Shown: one piece after another, positions 1-9,911 of the stretch
How the letters are laid out: each line of letters starts with the position of its first letter
Position numbering within the stretch: position 1 is the first letter of the stretch
Assembly (NCBI GenBank): GCA_964480285.1
Contig: CAYZPT010000001.1
Coordinates: 1 to 47,212, forward strand
Direction: 5' to 3'
Origin: an uncultured Bacteroides sp.
GTDB lineage: Bacteria > Bacillota > Clostridia > Oscillospirales > Acutalibacteraceae
DNA length: 47,212 nt
Position numbers and translations under genes: made by a program
The notes under the pieces: model-generated
Told to the model about the DNA's origin: nothing
Databases searched by the model: none
The model's input: the letters and a program-made list of their open reading frames with translations, nothing else

Positions 1-1709
1 CAGCCGCTGAAATCGTCGTTCATAAAGTCAAGTCCGCGGATTGCAGGGTACTTGCCCGATTTGTTCTTGATGTAATCCATCTCGTAATCAACGCTGCCCA
101 TCCAGGTGGACTCCTGCTGACCGGAGATTATGTTGTTTTTATATGTGTTTGCGATATACCTGTACAGCGCTTTCGTTTCGGGCGTGGCGTTTTCGTTGGT
201 CAGATTCATATCGTAATCTGTCCTGTTGCCCGTTTCCATAGACAGCAGCGCAGCGTAATCCCTGCCGTTGATTATGCCGTCGCGCACGATGTCGAATCTG
301 CCGTCGTAATCGCTGCCGTACGCGCTTCCCGTAGTCAGCGAGCAGTCAAAGTTGAGCTTTAAATCAGTAATGCTTACGCCCTGATATTCCTGCGTGCAGT
401 GCGTGCATTTGTAGTAAAGCGTTTTGCCCAGTCTGTACTGGTACACGTAGTTGTGGCTGCCGAGCGGTTCGATGGTCATTGTGTTTTCCACTTTGTCGCA
501 GTAAACGCATTTGCCGCTTTCGCCATATTGGTGGGAGGAAATGCAGTAGCACTTCCAATCGGGATATGTGGTTTTTCTGCCGGTAACATACGTATACAGT
601 CCGCTGTTGCGCTTACCGAAAAACGTAATGTTATCATTTCCGCCAAACGCGGTATCGGCAACCGTTACGCTGCCGGCGCGCACAAAGCAGACGTCATAGC
701 CGGAGCCGTAGAAGGCGTTACTGCCTATGCTTGTAACCGCATCGGACAGGTCAAGTTCGCCGTCAAGATATTCGCAGTTGTAAAATGCGCTGTCACAAAC
801 GCTCGTCGCTCCGCCAAGGTCAACGTCACAGACAAAGTATCTCCAGTTGCTCCACGGCGCAGATGTCATTGAGCCGCTGCCGCTTAAAGTCAACTTTTTG
901 TTGCCTATGTTGTAAGCGTAGTTCAGCGAGCCGCCGCACGAGCCGTTGATGTTTATGTAATTCTTGGAATTGCTGCTGCACCAGCTCTGTAGCGAGGACG
1001 CGCCTACAATATTTGCGCCGCTCGGGAAGTAACTACCAATGCTCGAAATCGTGCTGCCTGTCCACACAATTGCGGAGAGCTTTGAGCAGTTGCGAAACGC
1101 GCTTGCCGCGATTGAGGTATAGCCGCTGCCAACCCAGACGTTTTCAAGCGCAGTACAGCCGTAAAACGTGTTGTCGGGGATAGTGTGCGTATAGGTCGCC
1201 GCGTTTGCGTTGCTGTCCCACTGCTTATTGTCCTGCGGCAGAATTGCCCACTTAAGCGAGGTGCAGCCGTAGAACACATAGTTGTAGTATTCAAGGCAGT
1301 TTTCGGGAATGGTAATGTTTTCAAGCGAGGTGCAACCTCTGAAGCACTGCGCACCCATTTTATACATCGAATCGGGCAGCTCAACGCTTGTCAGATTTGA
1401 GCAGCTGTAAAACCAATAGCTACCGATAGCCTGCACGCCCTCTTGAACAATAACCTTTCTAATGTCGCCTCTTACAGAACGCCACGGCGGCGAGTTTGTG
1501 AGGGAAGAACTGAAATCCTCGCCGTAGCCGTTGCCGTTTACCGTAAAAACGCCGCTGTCGTTAAGGCTCCAGCGCAAGCCGCTGTCAAGCGTGCCGTTTG
1601 TCTGTGCAAAAGAATTAACGCCAAAGCCTGCAAGAACGGAACAGATAAGCGCAACTACAACAATCAGCGATATGATATTTTGGGTTTTCTTTTTCTTTTT
1701 TATTTTCAT
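1..1709 (-). CDS. Secreted modular protein (runs off window start): signal peptide, BspA-type leucine-rich repeats, Cys-rich linker, dockerin/EF-hand-like motif, start of a GH26 beta-mannanase domain
   Basis: Not in the ORF track. ATG at 1709 reads MKIKKKKKTQNIISLIVVVALICSVLAG (signal peptide). LRR_5-type repeats follow (IGSYWFYSCSNLTSVELPDS, CFRGCTSLENITIPEN). The same frame later gives DGIINGRDYAALL and LTNENATPETKALYRYIANTYKNNIISGQQESTWMGSVDYEMDYIKNKSGKYPAIRGLDFM, typical of a GH26 N-terminus. Confidence 0.85.
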   Translation of the reverse strand, partial: MKIKKKKKTQNIISLIVVVALICSVLAGFGVNSFAQTNGTLDSGLRWSLNDSGVFTVNGNGYGEDFSSSLTNSPPWRSVRGDIRKVIVQEGVQAIGSYWFYSCSNLTSVELPDSMYKMGAQCFRGCTSLENITIPENCLEYYNYVFYGCTSLKWAILPQDNKQWDSNANAATYTHTIPDNTFYGCTALENVWVGSGYTSIAASAFRNCSKLSAIVWTGSTISSIGSYFPSGANIVGASSLQSWCSSNSKNYININGSCGGSLNYAYNIGNKKLTLSGSGSMTSAPWSNWRYFVCDVDLGGATSVCDSAFYNCEYLDGELDLSDAVTSIGSNAFYGSGYDVCFVRAGSVTVADTAFGGNDNITFFGKRNSGLYTYVTGRKTTYPDWKCYCISSHQYGESGKCVYCDKVENTMTIEPLGSHNYVYQYRLGKTLYYKCTHCTQEYQGVSITDLKLNFDCSLTTGSAYGSDYDGRFDIVRDGIINGRDYAALLSMETGNRTDYDMNLTNENATPETKALYRYIANTYKNNIISGQQESTWMGSVDYEMDYIKNKSGKYPAIRGLDFMNDDFSG

Positions 1710-1779
1710 AATTATCACCCTGAAACGCGATGGGTTTGCGATTTTTAATAATTATATCATATATTAGGCTGCAAAACAA

Positions 1780-2754
1780 TTATTTTTCTTCAGGGTACAC
1801 AACGCCCCACTTTGCGCGGGTTTTGGTCATGATATCCATAACGTCAATGGTATAGTCAAGGTGCATTCTGTTTGTACCGCCGATAACAGCCTGCTCCATA
1901 TCCTCAATCTCGTAAGTCAGAGCGGAAAGGTCTGGATTACTCGTCAGCGTAACAGGTTCCCTGCCGTCAACAAAGGTGATTACCGCGGTGTTTGCGCGGT
2001 TGTAGTTTTCAAAGGTAACATAACCGTTTTCAAACGAGGCAACAGCGGTTTTAGGTAGTTTTGCTGTCAGCGACAGCGCAACGCTCGCCATTTCGTCCCT
2101 GTTATTTTTAAGCAACATAACCGCCTGTTCATCAACGCCCGTCGGTGCAAGTTTAACAGTTGACATAATATCTGTAGCATTTTCGCTCATAAAATATCTG
2201 ACAAAGGACAGTGCGTACACGCCGATATCAAGCATTGCGCCGCCCGCAAGCTCGGGGTTGAAAAAGCGGTTTGTCATATCGTAATCCTTGTTGCTGCCGA
2301 GGTTTACCTCAATCAGCTTCAGTTTGCCGAGGCTGCCATCCGCGATATACTTGCACACCTCGCGGTAAACCGGCATATGGAAAATCGTCATAGCCTCGGC
2401 GAGCACCACGCCGTTTTTTCGGCACGCGTCAGCCGCCTGTGCAAGCTCGGCGGAATTTAGCGTAATCGCCTTTTCGCAAAGAATGTGCTTTTTGCTGTTT
2501 GCCGCCTTGATTATTTGCTCAATGTGCCTGTTGTGCGGCGTTGCGATGTAAACAATGTCCACATCCTCGTCGGCAAAGACTTCGTCTGCACAGTCGTAAA
2601 CCTTATCAATGTTATACTTTTCAGCAAACGCTGAAGCATTTGATTTTGTACGCCCTGCAACACAGTAAAATCTCCTGCCCTTTTGAGCCATTGCCAGCGC
2701 CATCTCGTTGGCAATATGACCGCAACCTATACACGCCCAGTTAAGTTCTCTCAT
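1780..2754 (-). CDS. Gfo/Idh/MocA family oxidoreductase
   Basis: N-terminal IGCGHIA Rossmann motif, HILCEKAIT and GGAMLDIGVY. Confidence 0.92.
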   Translation of the reverse strand: MRELNWACIGCGHIANEMALAMAQKGRRFYCVAGRTKSNASAFAEKYNIDKVYDCADEVFADEDVDIVYIATPHNRHIEQIIKAANSKKHILCEKAITLNSAELAQAADACRKNGVVLAEAMTIFHMPVYREVCKYIADGSLGKLKLIEVNLGSNKDYDMTNRFFNPELAGGAMLDIGVYALSFVRYFMSENATDIMSTVKLAPTGVDEQAVMLLKNNRDEMASVALSLTAKLPKTAVASFENGYVTFENYNRANTAVITFVDGREPVTLTSNPDLSALTYEIEDMEQAVIGGTNRMHLDYTIDVMDIMTKTRAKWGVVYPEEK

Positions 2755-2853
2755 ATTACACTCCCCAAACCATTATTGAAAAAATAAACAAATTATGCTG
2801 TTTGTCTGCATTGTAACACATTTTTTATCTTAAAACAACGGTAATGTAAAACG

Positions 2854-2887
2854 GGCTGTCTCACAAAAATGTGAGGCAGCCTTTTTG
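2854..2887. terminator. Intrinsic terminator-like hairpin
   Basis: GGCTGTCTCACA-AAAA-TGTGAGGCAGCC inverted repeat just past the stop of the 2902-3630 gene. Confidence 0.65.
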
Positions 2888-2901
2888 AGTTGTTCATATT
2901 A

Positions 2902-3630
2902 CTAAATGTTCTGCGAATTAATCAGATCTAAAATCGTATCAACAGTTATACTCCACTGTTCCTGCTCGGGAATTGAAGCTTTGCCGTCGCCTTCCTGCTC
3001 GCCGTATGAACCGAAACATGCGTGATTTCCGCCTTCAATTACAACCGTGCGGTATCCGGCAGGTACAAGTTTGAATCCGTTGTTCAGCTTTTGGCGATCG
3101 ACAATTCTGTCGTTATCACCATAGATAAACACAACCGGGAACTGCGCCGATGTCATATCTCGGGTGGGATATGCTGCAAACAGGAATAATCCCGAATACT
3201 CCGCACGATGCTGCGCCGCATAATTCGCTGCCATAGCACCTCCGAGTGAATGCCCTGCAAGATAATATTGCTTGTACTCATATTTTGATGAAATACTGCT
3301 CGCCTTGTTTTTGCCGAAAAAAGCAAGCTTCATAGGCATCTTGATAAGGAAGCAATCAACTCCCTGCGACGCAAGCGTGTTTAGAATCGGTGCATAAGCA
3401 GTCTCTTCAACCTTTGCACCCGGGTAAAAAATAAGGGCATTGTCCTCGCCGGGACCGTCAAAATAATACCCCTCTTTAATTGTTTTAACACTTACGCCGT
3501 CACCGCTTGACATATAAGCACCGACATCTTCGGCACGGTAATAATCATCAGCATATATCCATATTGCAACACCTGCAAACGCAATTACCGCAGCAAGCAC
3601 CACTGCTGTTATTTTTGCCAGTTTAGTCAT
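2902..3630 (-). CDS. Alpha/beta hydrolase (Abhydrolase_5-like) with N-terminal membrane anchor
   Basis: GHSLGG nucleophile elbow, FYPGAKV, GGNHACFG, hydrophobic N-terminus. Confidence 0.9.
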   Translation of the reverse strand: MTKLAKITAVVLAAVIAFAGVAIWIYADDYYRAEDVGAYMSSGDGVSVKTIKEGYYFDGPGEDNALIFYPGAKVEETAYAPILNTLASQGVDCFLIKMPMKLAFFGKNKASSISSKYEYKQYYLAGHSLGGAMAANYAAQHRAEYSGLFLFAAYPTRDMTSAQFPVVFIYGDNDRIVDRQKLNNGFKLVPAGYRTVVIEGGNHACFGSYGEQEGDGKASIPEQEQWSITVDTILDLINSQNI

Positions 3631-3839
3631 AATGTTTCCCTCTTTGCTCTATTATACTACTTTTGCAAAGGATGTGAAAGGGTTAATTATTCACGGCATT
3701 TAAATCATTAAGTTTTCGTCTGTCACATACCGATATTTAAGAATAAAACAACAATATTTGCTAACATTATTGATTTTTTGTCAATAATATTTTATATTAT
3801 TAATATGAGAAGTAAGTATTATTTGCAAGGAGTATTAAT

Positions 3840-5609
3840 ATGAAAAAGTCAATTAAGTTAATTTCGATTTTGCTTTGCATAGTGTTTGCTTTCAGCGCTT
3901 ACTCTGTCACAAATGCAAATGTTGGCGATGACGGAACAGGCGGAGGATCTTCTGTTTCAGATCCGAGCAATGATGATCCGAGCAATGATGATCCAAGTAA
4001 CGATGACCCGAGCAACGAAGATCCGAGTAACGATGACCCGAGCAATGATGACCCGAGCAATGATGACCCGAGCAACGATGACCCGAGCAACGATGACCCG
4101 AGCAATGATGACCCGAGCAATGATGACCCGAGCAACGATAACCCGAGCAATGATGACCCGAGCAATGATGACCCGAACAATGATGACCCGAGCAATGATG
4201 ACCCGAGCAATGATGACCCGAGCAATGATGACCCGAGCAATCAGAACCCGAGCAATGAGGATCCAAGCAATCAAAATCCGAGCAAACCTAATACAAGCAA
4301 GCCCACTACCACTAAACCTACTACAAGCAAACCTGCTGTAACCAAGCCCAACCTTGGAACTATAGGTAAAAGCGCCCAAAAATATTTTAAGGTGTTGGAC
4401 AAAAACATACGCTGTGTTTCAAAAACTGCACGAGCAACCGAAATCAACAATGCTGCTAATAAAGCGGAAACAGCGTATAAAAAAACAGGCAAGGCACAGA
4501 TGGTTTATGTTCCCGCCGGCACACACAAAATCAACAGTTATTTATCGATACCGAAAGGTGTAATCCTTGTAAGTGAGAAAAACTGCGTTTATTCAATTAC
4601 TGCTAAACTTCCAATAGTGTTATGGCTTTACGGCTCCGTTTACGGTGGAAAGTTTGACGGTCACGGAAAAGCAGGTCAGATGATAAGATTCCGCGAAACA
4701 AGCTTTAAATGGCCGAGCGGATACGTGCTTTATACATCAATCACAAACTGCCGTGATCAGGCTGTTGTTGCTCTTGGCAAAATTTCAAACGTTTATGTTT
4801 GCAACAACACGATGAAAAATGCACTTGACGGTGTATGCTCCATTTACGGTGCAACCATTAATCTTATTGACAATAACAAAATCTCATATATGACGCAGTC
4901 CGGTGTTGATGTAACGCACGCAAATGTTAAAGTTATTTCAAATAACACAATTACAAACGTTACAGGTCATGGCATAAGCACCGATACCGAGCAAAATAAG
5001 GGCCACGCATTTGTTCGTATTACCGAGGTTTACAACAACACAATCACCGGTCCGAAACACCACGGAATTTATCTTGAAAAAAACTGTAAGATTACCGGTG
5101 ATGTTTACAACAATGTTATCAGTAATGCCACCCTTAACGGAGTTTGCATCAGCCAGAATGCAGGAATAGGCAATAATAAGAAAAAGACTTTCTTTTACAA
5201 TAACATTGTTCAGGGCTCAAAACTTTCAAATATCAGCATGGCCGGTAAGAACGCAATTCTTTTTATGGGTTCAAAAAACAAGGTCCGAAACGGCAAAGGT
5301 GCGGGTATTGCGCTCGGCAGATATGCAAAATGCTATATCTACGGCAAGAATAATTATATCAGCAAAAATGCTCTGAACGGCGTTCAGATGGATGCAAATA
5401 CATCTTTCCAGGTCAGAGGTTCCGGACGAACATATATCACCAACAACCGTTGGGGAATAAATATGGGTAATAAGGGCGGCGCAGTCAACCTTAAAAACAC
5501 AACAATCAAAGGTAATAAAAAAGGCGCTGCGTACATTGTAAAGGGATGCTCGCTGAAATACAACAAATCAAACTGCTCAATCTCCGGAAAGATTTATAAA
5601 AAGAAATAA
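3840..5609 (+). CDS. Secreted protein with DDPSN repeat stalk and right-handed parallel beta-helix (pectin lyase-like) domain
   Basis: Signal peptide; ~22 pentapeptide repeats; VYVPAGTH followed by Asn-rich beta-helix repeats (ISNNTITNVTGHGIS, YNNTITGPKHHGIYL). Confidence 0.8.
   Translation: MKKSIKLISILLCIVFAFSAYSVTNANVGDDGTGGGSSVSDPSNDDPSNDDPSNDDPSNEDPSNDDPSNDDPSNDDPSNDDPSNDDPSNDDPSNDDPSNDNPSNDDPSNDDPNNDDPSNDDPSNDDPSNDDPSNQNPSNEDPSNQNPSKPNTSKPTTTKPTTSKPAVTKPNLGTIGKSAQKYFKVLDKNIRCVSKTARATEINNAANKAETAYKKTGKAQMVYVPAGTHKINSYLSIPKGVILVSEKNCVYSITAKLPIVLWLYGSVYGGKFDGHGKAGQMIRFRETSFKWPSGYVLYTSITNCRDQAVVALGKISNVYVCNNTMKNALDGVCSIYGATINLIDNNKISYMTQSGVDVTHANVKVISNNTITNVTGHGISTDTEQNKGHAFVRITEVYNNTITGPKHHGIYLEKNCKITGDVYNNVISNATLNGVCISQNAGIGNNKKKTFFYNNIVQGSKLSNISMAGKNAILFMGSKNKVRNGKGAGIALGRYAKCYIYGKNNYISKNALNGVQMDANTSFQVRGSGRTYITNNRWGINMGNKGGAVNLKNTTIKGNKKGAAYIVKGCSLKYNKSNCSISGKIYKKK
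3960..4283 (+). repeat. Coding tandem repeat, 15-bp unit GAYCCGAGCAAYGAT, about 22 copies
   Basis: Directly visible; encodes (D/N)PSN(D/E/Q). Confidence 0.97.
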
Positions 5610-5922
5610 TTAACGCTCCCCTTTAGGCGAGGTGCGGTAACGAAGGATGGGTTTTGTCTTTGTCCTTTTGCCCCTTAAACAATTAAAAATCCCCTGATTA
5701 CTTGAGTATGCAGGGGATTTTAAAATTTCTTTATGGACTAAAACTACTTTGCCAAAACTGCTTCGCATCCTGAAATCAGCAGATTTTTTGGCAGAACAAA
5801 GCACAAATGTCCGTTTGGGCTGGCGCCCTAATGGACATTTTAATACAGTTATGGCGGAAAAGATGCGATTTTAGGACTGACCTTCGTTATCGTACCTCGC
5901 CTTAGGCAAGGGGAGCTAATTA
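5608..5922. repeat. MITE/REP-like element with ~33-bp imperfect terminal inverted repeats and internal hairpins
   Basis: GCTCCCCTTTAGGCGAGGTGCGGTAACGAAGG (5615-5646) is complementary to CCTTCGTTATCGTACCTCGCCTTAGGCAAGGGGAGC (5881-5916); three internal hairpins. Confidence 0.65.
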
Positions 5923-5940
5923 TTTATAATCAATTATATA

Positions 5941-7074
5941 TCAGTCGCAAAGGAGCTTGCATACCATATCAAGATTTTCGCGGATTTTAAGGTGCTGCGG
6001 ACACTTCTTTTCACATGCGCCGCAATCTGTGCAGTGCTCAAATGTTTTGCCGTTTTTCTTAAGATACTCCTGCATCATATGCTTTGCATGATCCTTCAGA
6101 CCGTAAACATTGTAGTATGTATACATCTCAAAAATATGAGGAATATTTATCTCTGCCGGACAGGGCTGACAGTATTTGCAGCCGGTGCAGTACAGTTCTG
6201 AAAACTTCTTGATTTCCTCAATAGCCTTGCCGAGCTGCTCCCATTCTTCCTGCGAAAAAGAAGAGTTATCGCTCGCCACTTTAATGTTTTTGCGCACCAT
6301 ATCTATGTTCTGCATACCGGAAAGCGCGCAGTTCAGATTCGGATTGCCGAGACAGAACTTAAACGCCAGCTCATATGTAGCAATCGCCGGTTTGCCGGTG
6401 AGTTTGTTGTAAAGGTCAGTTGGGGCAGAAAGCCTGCCGCCGCCAACGGGACCCATGGCTATAGTGCCGAGACCTTTTTCGTGAACGTACTTAATCATTT
6501 CCTCGTTAGAGCGGTCAAGCAGATTATACTGGCACAGCATTGATTCCATCTTTACACCCTCTTTTTCCGAGGTGTCAACGATATACTTAATCACATCCGC
6601 ATCATCGTGGAAAGAGAATGAAATGTGACGGATAAGCCCTTCTTCTTTAACCTTTGCCGCAGTTTCAAGCAGGTTGTTTTTCAGTATCAGCCTGTCATAT
6701 TTATCGCGGTTAATGCCCCAGAAATGATAAAAATCAATGTGATCGGTTCCGAGACGCGTTAGACTTCTTTCAAGCAGCCTGCGATATTTGTCAGGCGTCA
6801 GATCGGCGTCCATCGGGCACTTGGTTGAGATGAGAATCTTATCCCTGAAATCCTTTACCGCATGACCAACAGCAGCCTCGCTGTTATGGTTGCAGTAATG
6901 AGGAGCGGTATCAAAATAGTTTACACCGTTTTCAAAAGCGAAACGGAGCATCTCGTCAACCTTTTCCTGAACAACAAAGTGCTTGTCGCCCTCCTCGTAT
7001 TCGGGCAGACGCATACAACCGAACCCGAGCGCAGAAATCTTTTCACCCGTATTGCCAAAATCGCGGTAATTCAT
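5941..7074 (-). CDS. Aldo/keto reductase with C-terminal 4Fe-4S dicluster domain
   Basis: LGFGCMRLP, YFDTAPHY, CTGCKYCQPCP and CTDCGACEKKCP; start placed at ATG 7074 after the RBS. Confidence 0.92.
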   Translation of the reverse strand: MNYRDFGNTGEKISALGFGCMRLPEYEEGDKHFVVQEKVDEMLRFAFENGVNYFDTAPHYCNHNSEAAVGHAVKDFRDKILISTKCPMDADLTPDKYRRLLERSLTRLGTDHIDFYHFWGINRDKYDRLILKNNLLETAAKVKEEGLIRHISFSFHDDADVIKYIVDTSEKEGVKMESMLCQYNLLDRSNEEMIKYVHEKGLGTIAMGPVGGGRLSAPTDLYNKLTGKPAIATYELAFKFCLGNPNLNCALSGMQNIDMVRKNIKVASDNSSFSQEEWEQLGKAIEEIKKFSELYCTGCKYCQPCPAEINIPHIFEMYTYYNVYGLKDHAKHMMQEYLKKNGKTFEHCTDCGACEKKCPQHLKIRENLDMVCKLLCD

Positions 7075-7109
7075 AACATTATCTCCTTTTTCTCGTTTGT
7101 TAATCACAT

Positions 7110-8306
7110 TCAGTCACTGTTTTTTGCTTTGCGCAGAATGAACGCACGCGCAACGTTAATTCCGATTTTCCACTGAAGCGGACGGAGCGCTCTGTCTGCC
7201 TCTTTGAGCTTTTCCCTGATCGGAATGCCCTGCGGGCAGTGCTTTTCGCACTTTCCGCAACCGATGCAATTTGTGGCAAAGGGCGGATTTTGTGTCAGGC
7301 AGTAGCCCTGAATAAAGTTAGTGCGCGCTTCAAATTTTCCCTCTGTGTACATAGCGTTGTAGTGGCTGAAAATAGCGGGAATATTAACGCCTTTCGGGCA
7401 GGGCATACAGTAACCGCAACCTGTGCAGCCGACCTTTTCGCCACTTCTGATAATGCCTTTGATGTTTTCAATAAACTCAAAATCTTTTTCGGTAAAATCA
7501 CCGACATTTGCGGTATTCGCGGTTTCGAGATTTTCGTTTACCATTTCAAGGGAGTTCATGCCGGACAGAACGACTGTAACCTCGGGCTGATTGTACAGCC
7601 ACCTGAACGCCCATGCCGCAGGAGACCAGTTGCGCTCGTTTTCTTCCATTGCTTTTTTCGCATCGGGCGGAAGCAGGTTTACGAGCTTTCCGCCGCGCAG
7701 CGGTTCCATAATAACAACGGGAATTCCCCTTTCGGCTGCAGCTTTAAGACCGTCAACGCCCGCCTGCGAGGTTTCATCAATATAGTTATACTGAATCTGG
7801 CAGAAATCCCAGTCGTAGTCGCCCAGAATTTTCAAGAATTGCTCGGTGTTTCCGTGGTAAGAAAAGCCGATATTGCGGATTGCGCCCGCTTGCTTTTTGT
7901 CCTCAAGCCAGTCAACAATTCCGAGCTGCTTCATTCTTTCCCAGTTTGCAAAATCAGTCAGCATATGAAGCAGATAATAATCGACATAGTCAGTCTGCAA
8001 GCGGTCAAGCTCTTCCTTAAAAATCTTTTCCGCTCCCGCAGAACTTTTAACAAGATAATGGGGCAGCTTTGTTGCGATGTATACCTTTTCGCGTATGTTG
8101 TTGCGATGCAGCACCTCACCCAAAAGCGTTTCGCTTCCGGGATAAATATACGCTGTATCGTAGTAATTAACGCCGTCGTTATATGCGGTCATAATTTCTT
8201 TTTCCGCTTTGTCAAGGTCAAGGGAGGTTCCCTTTCTTGTAAAGCGCATACATCCGAAGCCAAGGATGGACAGGTCTCTGCCGTATTTATCTTTTCTGTA
8301 TTGCAT
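7110..8306 (-). CDS. Aldo/keto reductase with C-terminal 4Fe-4S dicluster domain (paralogue)
   Basis: LGFGCMRF, YYDTAYIY, MEPLRGG, CTGCGYCMPCP, CIGCGKCEKHCP; ATG 8306 follows GGAGG. Confidence 0.92.
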   Translation of the reverse strand: MQYRKDKYGRDLSILGFGCMRFTRKGTSLDLDKAEKEIMTAYNDGVNYYDTAYIYPGSETLLGEVLHRNNIREKVYIATKLPHYLVKSSAGAEKIFKEELDRLQTDYVDYYLLHMLTDFANWERMKQLGIVDWLEDKKQAGAIRNIGFSYHGNTEQFLKILGDYDWDFCQIQYNYIDETSQAGVDGLKAAAERGIPVVIMEPLRGGKLVNLLPPDAKKAMEENERNWSPAAWAFRWLYNQPEVTVVLSGMNSLEMVNENLETANTANVGDFTEKDFEFIENIKGIIRSGEKVGCTGCGYCMPCPKGVNIPAIFSHYNAMYTEGKFEARTNFIQGYCLTQNPPFATNCIGCGKCEKHCPQGIPIREKLKEADRALRPLQWKIGINVARAFILRKAKNSD

Positions 8307-8492
8307 AGAGCACGCCTCCGTTTCAATGTATCTTTTACTTATTATACCACATCGCAGGAAAGAGTGAAATATTTTTATACAAATTTTTAAAAAAGTATTG
8401 ATTTTATAAAAGCACAGGATATAATAGTTTTTAGTTTTGCGCTGATAATTTTGCAAAACTTTATCAACTATGAGAGATGACAACAGGTTACT

Positions 8493-9080
8493 ATGGAAAA
8501 CAAAGAATTAAAACTCTATCATACAAGCGAACTTGTACTAAAGAATCCCGATGTGAATTACGGCAGAAGGAATGCTGATTTCGAAGGCGGATTTTATCTT
8601 TCCGACAGTGCGGAATTTGCACAAAAATGGGCAAGCGAGCAAAAGGCAATTGTCAACGAATACACGCTTGATCTGACCGGTCTGAGCGTAAAACGCTTTT
8701 CGTTAAACAAGGATTGGTTTGAGTACATATCGGCTAACCGCGCCGGTTATCCCGACGGACTCGGTGATACGGACGTTATCATCGGCCCGATAGCTAACGA
8801 CACGCTGTATGATACTTACGGCATCATTACAAGCGGTCTTGTCAGCAGCGAGGATTCGCTAAGGCTGCTTTCAGTAGGCAGGAGGTATATGCAGATTAAT
8901 ATCAAAACCGAAAAAGCCGCTGCTCAGCTAAAGTGGCTTGGCGCAAGAGCATTAAGCATAGCGGAAATTGAAGCATCACAAAACGCCCTGAGAGCAGAAG
9001 AACAGGAGTTCAGAAAAGCATTCTGGGATGCGCTCAGGGAACTTGATAATTTCTCAGAAATTGAAAGCATGCTTAGTTAA
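8493..9080 (+). CDS. DUF3990-like protein
   Basis: LYHTS...DFEGGFYLS...AQKWA...DVIIGPIAND pattern. Confidence 0.75.
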   Translation: MENKELKLYHTSELVLKNPDVNYGRRNADFEGGFYLSDSAEFAQKWASEQKAIVNEYTLDLTGLSVKRFSLNKDWFEYISANRAGYPDGLGDTDVIIGPIANDTLYDTYGIITSGLVSSEDSLRLLSVGRRYMQINIKTEKAAAQLKWLGARALSIAEIEASQNALRAEEQEFRKAFWDALRELDNFSEIESMLS

Positions 9081-9216
9081 AAGGAACGCATTATTAATGT
9101 GTTTAAAAGCTTAAGGCAACGGAGTAATCCGTTGCCTTTGTTTTTGCGTTGTGGTATAAGTTGTGGTATAATGAGATAAATATATTTTATAAGGAAAACC
9201 ATTACAGGTGATTGGT

Positions 9217-9765
9217 ATGAAACGAAAAACCGCAAAAGAAATCCTTGCCGAGTCGTTCATTGAATTGGCACAAACAAAGAAAATTGATAAAATAACCGTA
9301 AAAGACATTACGGAAAACTGCGGATATTCTACAGCAACCTTCTACCGCCAATTCAGAGATAAGTATGATCTGATTGCGTGGTCTTACACGCAAGACATCA
9401 GGGGTATTGTGGACAAATTGGAATACACCGAAGGCTCCTGGAAAAATGTGCTGACTCAAGTGGCAAAATATTTTGAAGAGCAGAGGGACTACCTTTCAAA
9501 CCTGTTGCTACATACAAGTGGCTACGATTCTTTTGTGGGTAATATGACGCAGATACATTTCGAAAGAATGAGGTTTCTCATATTAAAAGTTACGCCGGAT
9601 AACAAGCTGGATGAAATAACAGAGATGTATATACGTGTGTACTGTTACGGTACAGTACATCTGACCTGCGAATGGATACTAGGAAAATATAAAGTAAGCC
9701 TTAACGAGCTCACTCAGGTATATGTTAACACCCTGCCCGAACCTTTGAATAAGTACCTGTTATAA
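9217..9765 (+). CDS. TetR/AcrR family transcriptional regulator
   Basis: ITVKDITENCGYSTATFYRQFRDKYDL HTH; upstream TTGCGT-17-TATAAT promoter at 9144-9172. Confidence 0.9.
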   Translation: MKRKTAKEILAESFIELAQTKKIDKITVKDITENCGYSTATFYRQFRDKYDLIAWSYTQDIRGIVDKLEYTEGSWKNVLTQVAKYFEEQRDYLSNLLLHTSGYDSFVGNMTQIHFERMRFLILKVTPDNKLDEITEMYIRVYCYGTVHLTCEWILGKYKVSLNELTQVYVNTLPEPLNKYLL

Positions 9766-9855
9766 TGATAGAATTAAGGCGAAAATTCTCATTATGAGAA
9801 TTTTCGCCTTGTTTGTTAATTGTATTTATTTCTCCGTATGCTATGATGAAGTTGC

Positions 9856-9891
9856 AATAGTTGTGCACAATAACACAGCGCACAACAATTA
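9856..9891 (+). promoter_or_regulatory. Putative MarR/OhrR-type operator (two boxes)
   Basis: Palindrome TTGTGCACAA plus a second GCGCACAA box upstream of an operon that encodes a MarR protein. Confidence 0.55.
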
Positions 9892-9911
9892 TATTACGGA
9901 GGTATTTATTT

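Noticed and set aside
3960-4283. Repeat array as CRISPR; overlapping ORFs in five other frames
   Set aside because: Contiguous 15-mers without spacers, in frame in a signal-peptide protein; the other ORFs are artefacts of a stop-free repeat
7239-8390. 383-aa plus-strand ORF and other long antisense ORFs (27189-27881, 31806-32729)
   Set aside because: Shadow frames of well-supported genes on the opposite strand
8493-9080. DUF3990 as part of a toxin-antitoxin pair
   Set aside because: No adjacent partner gene is visible
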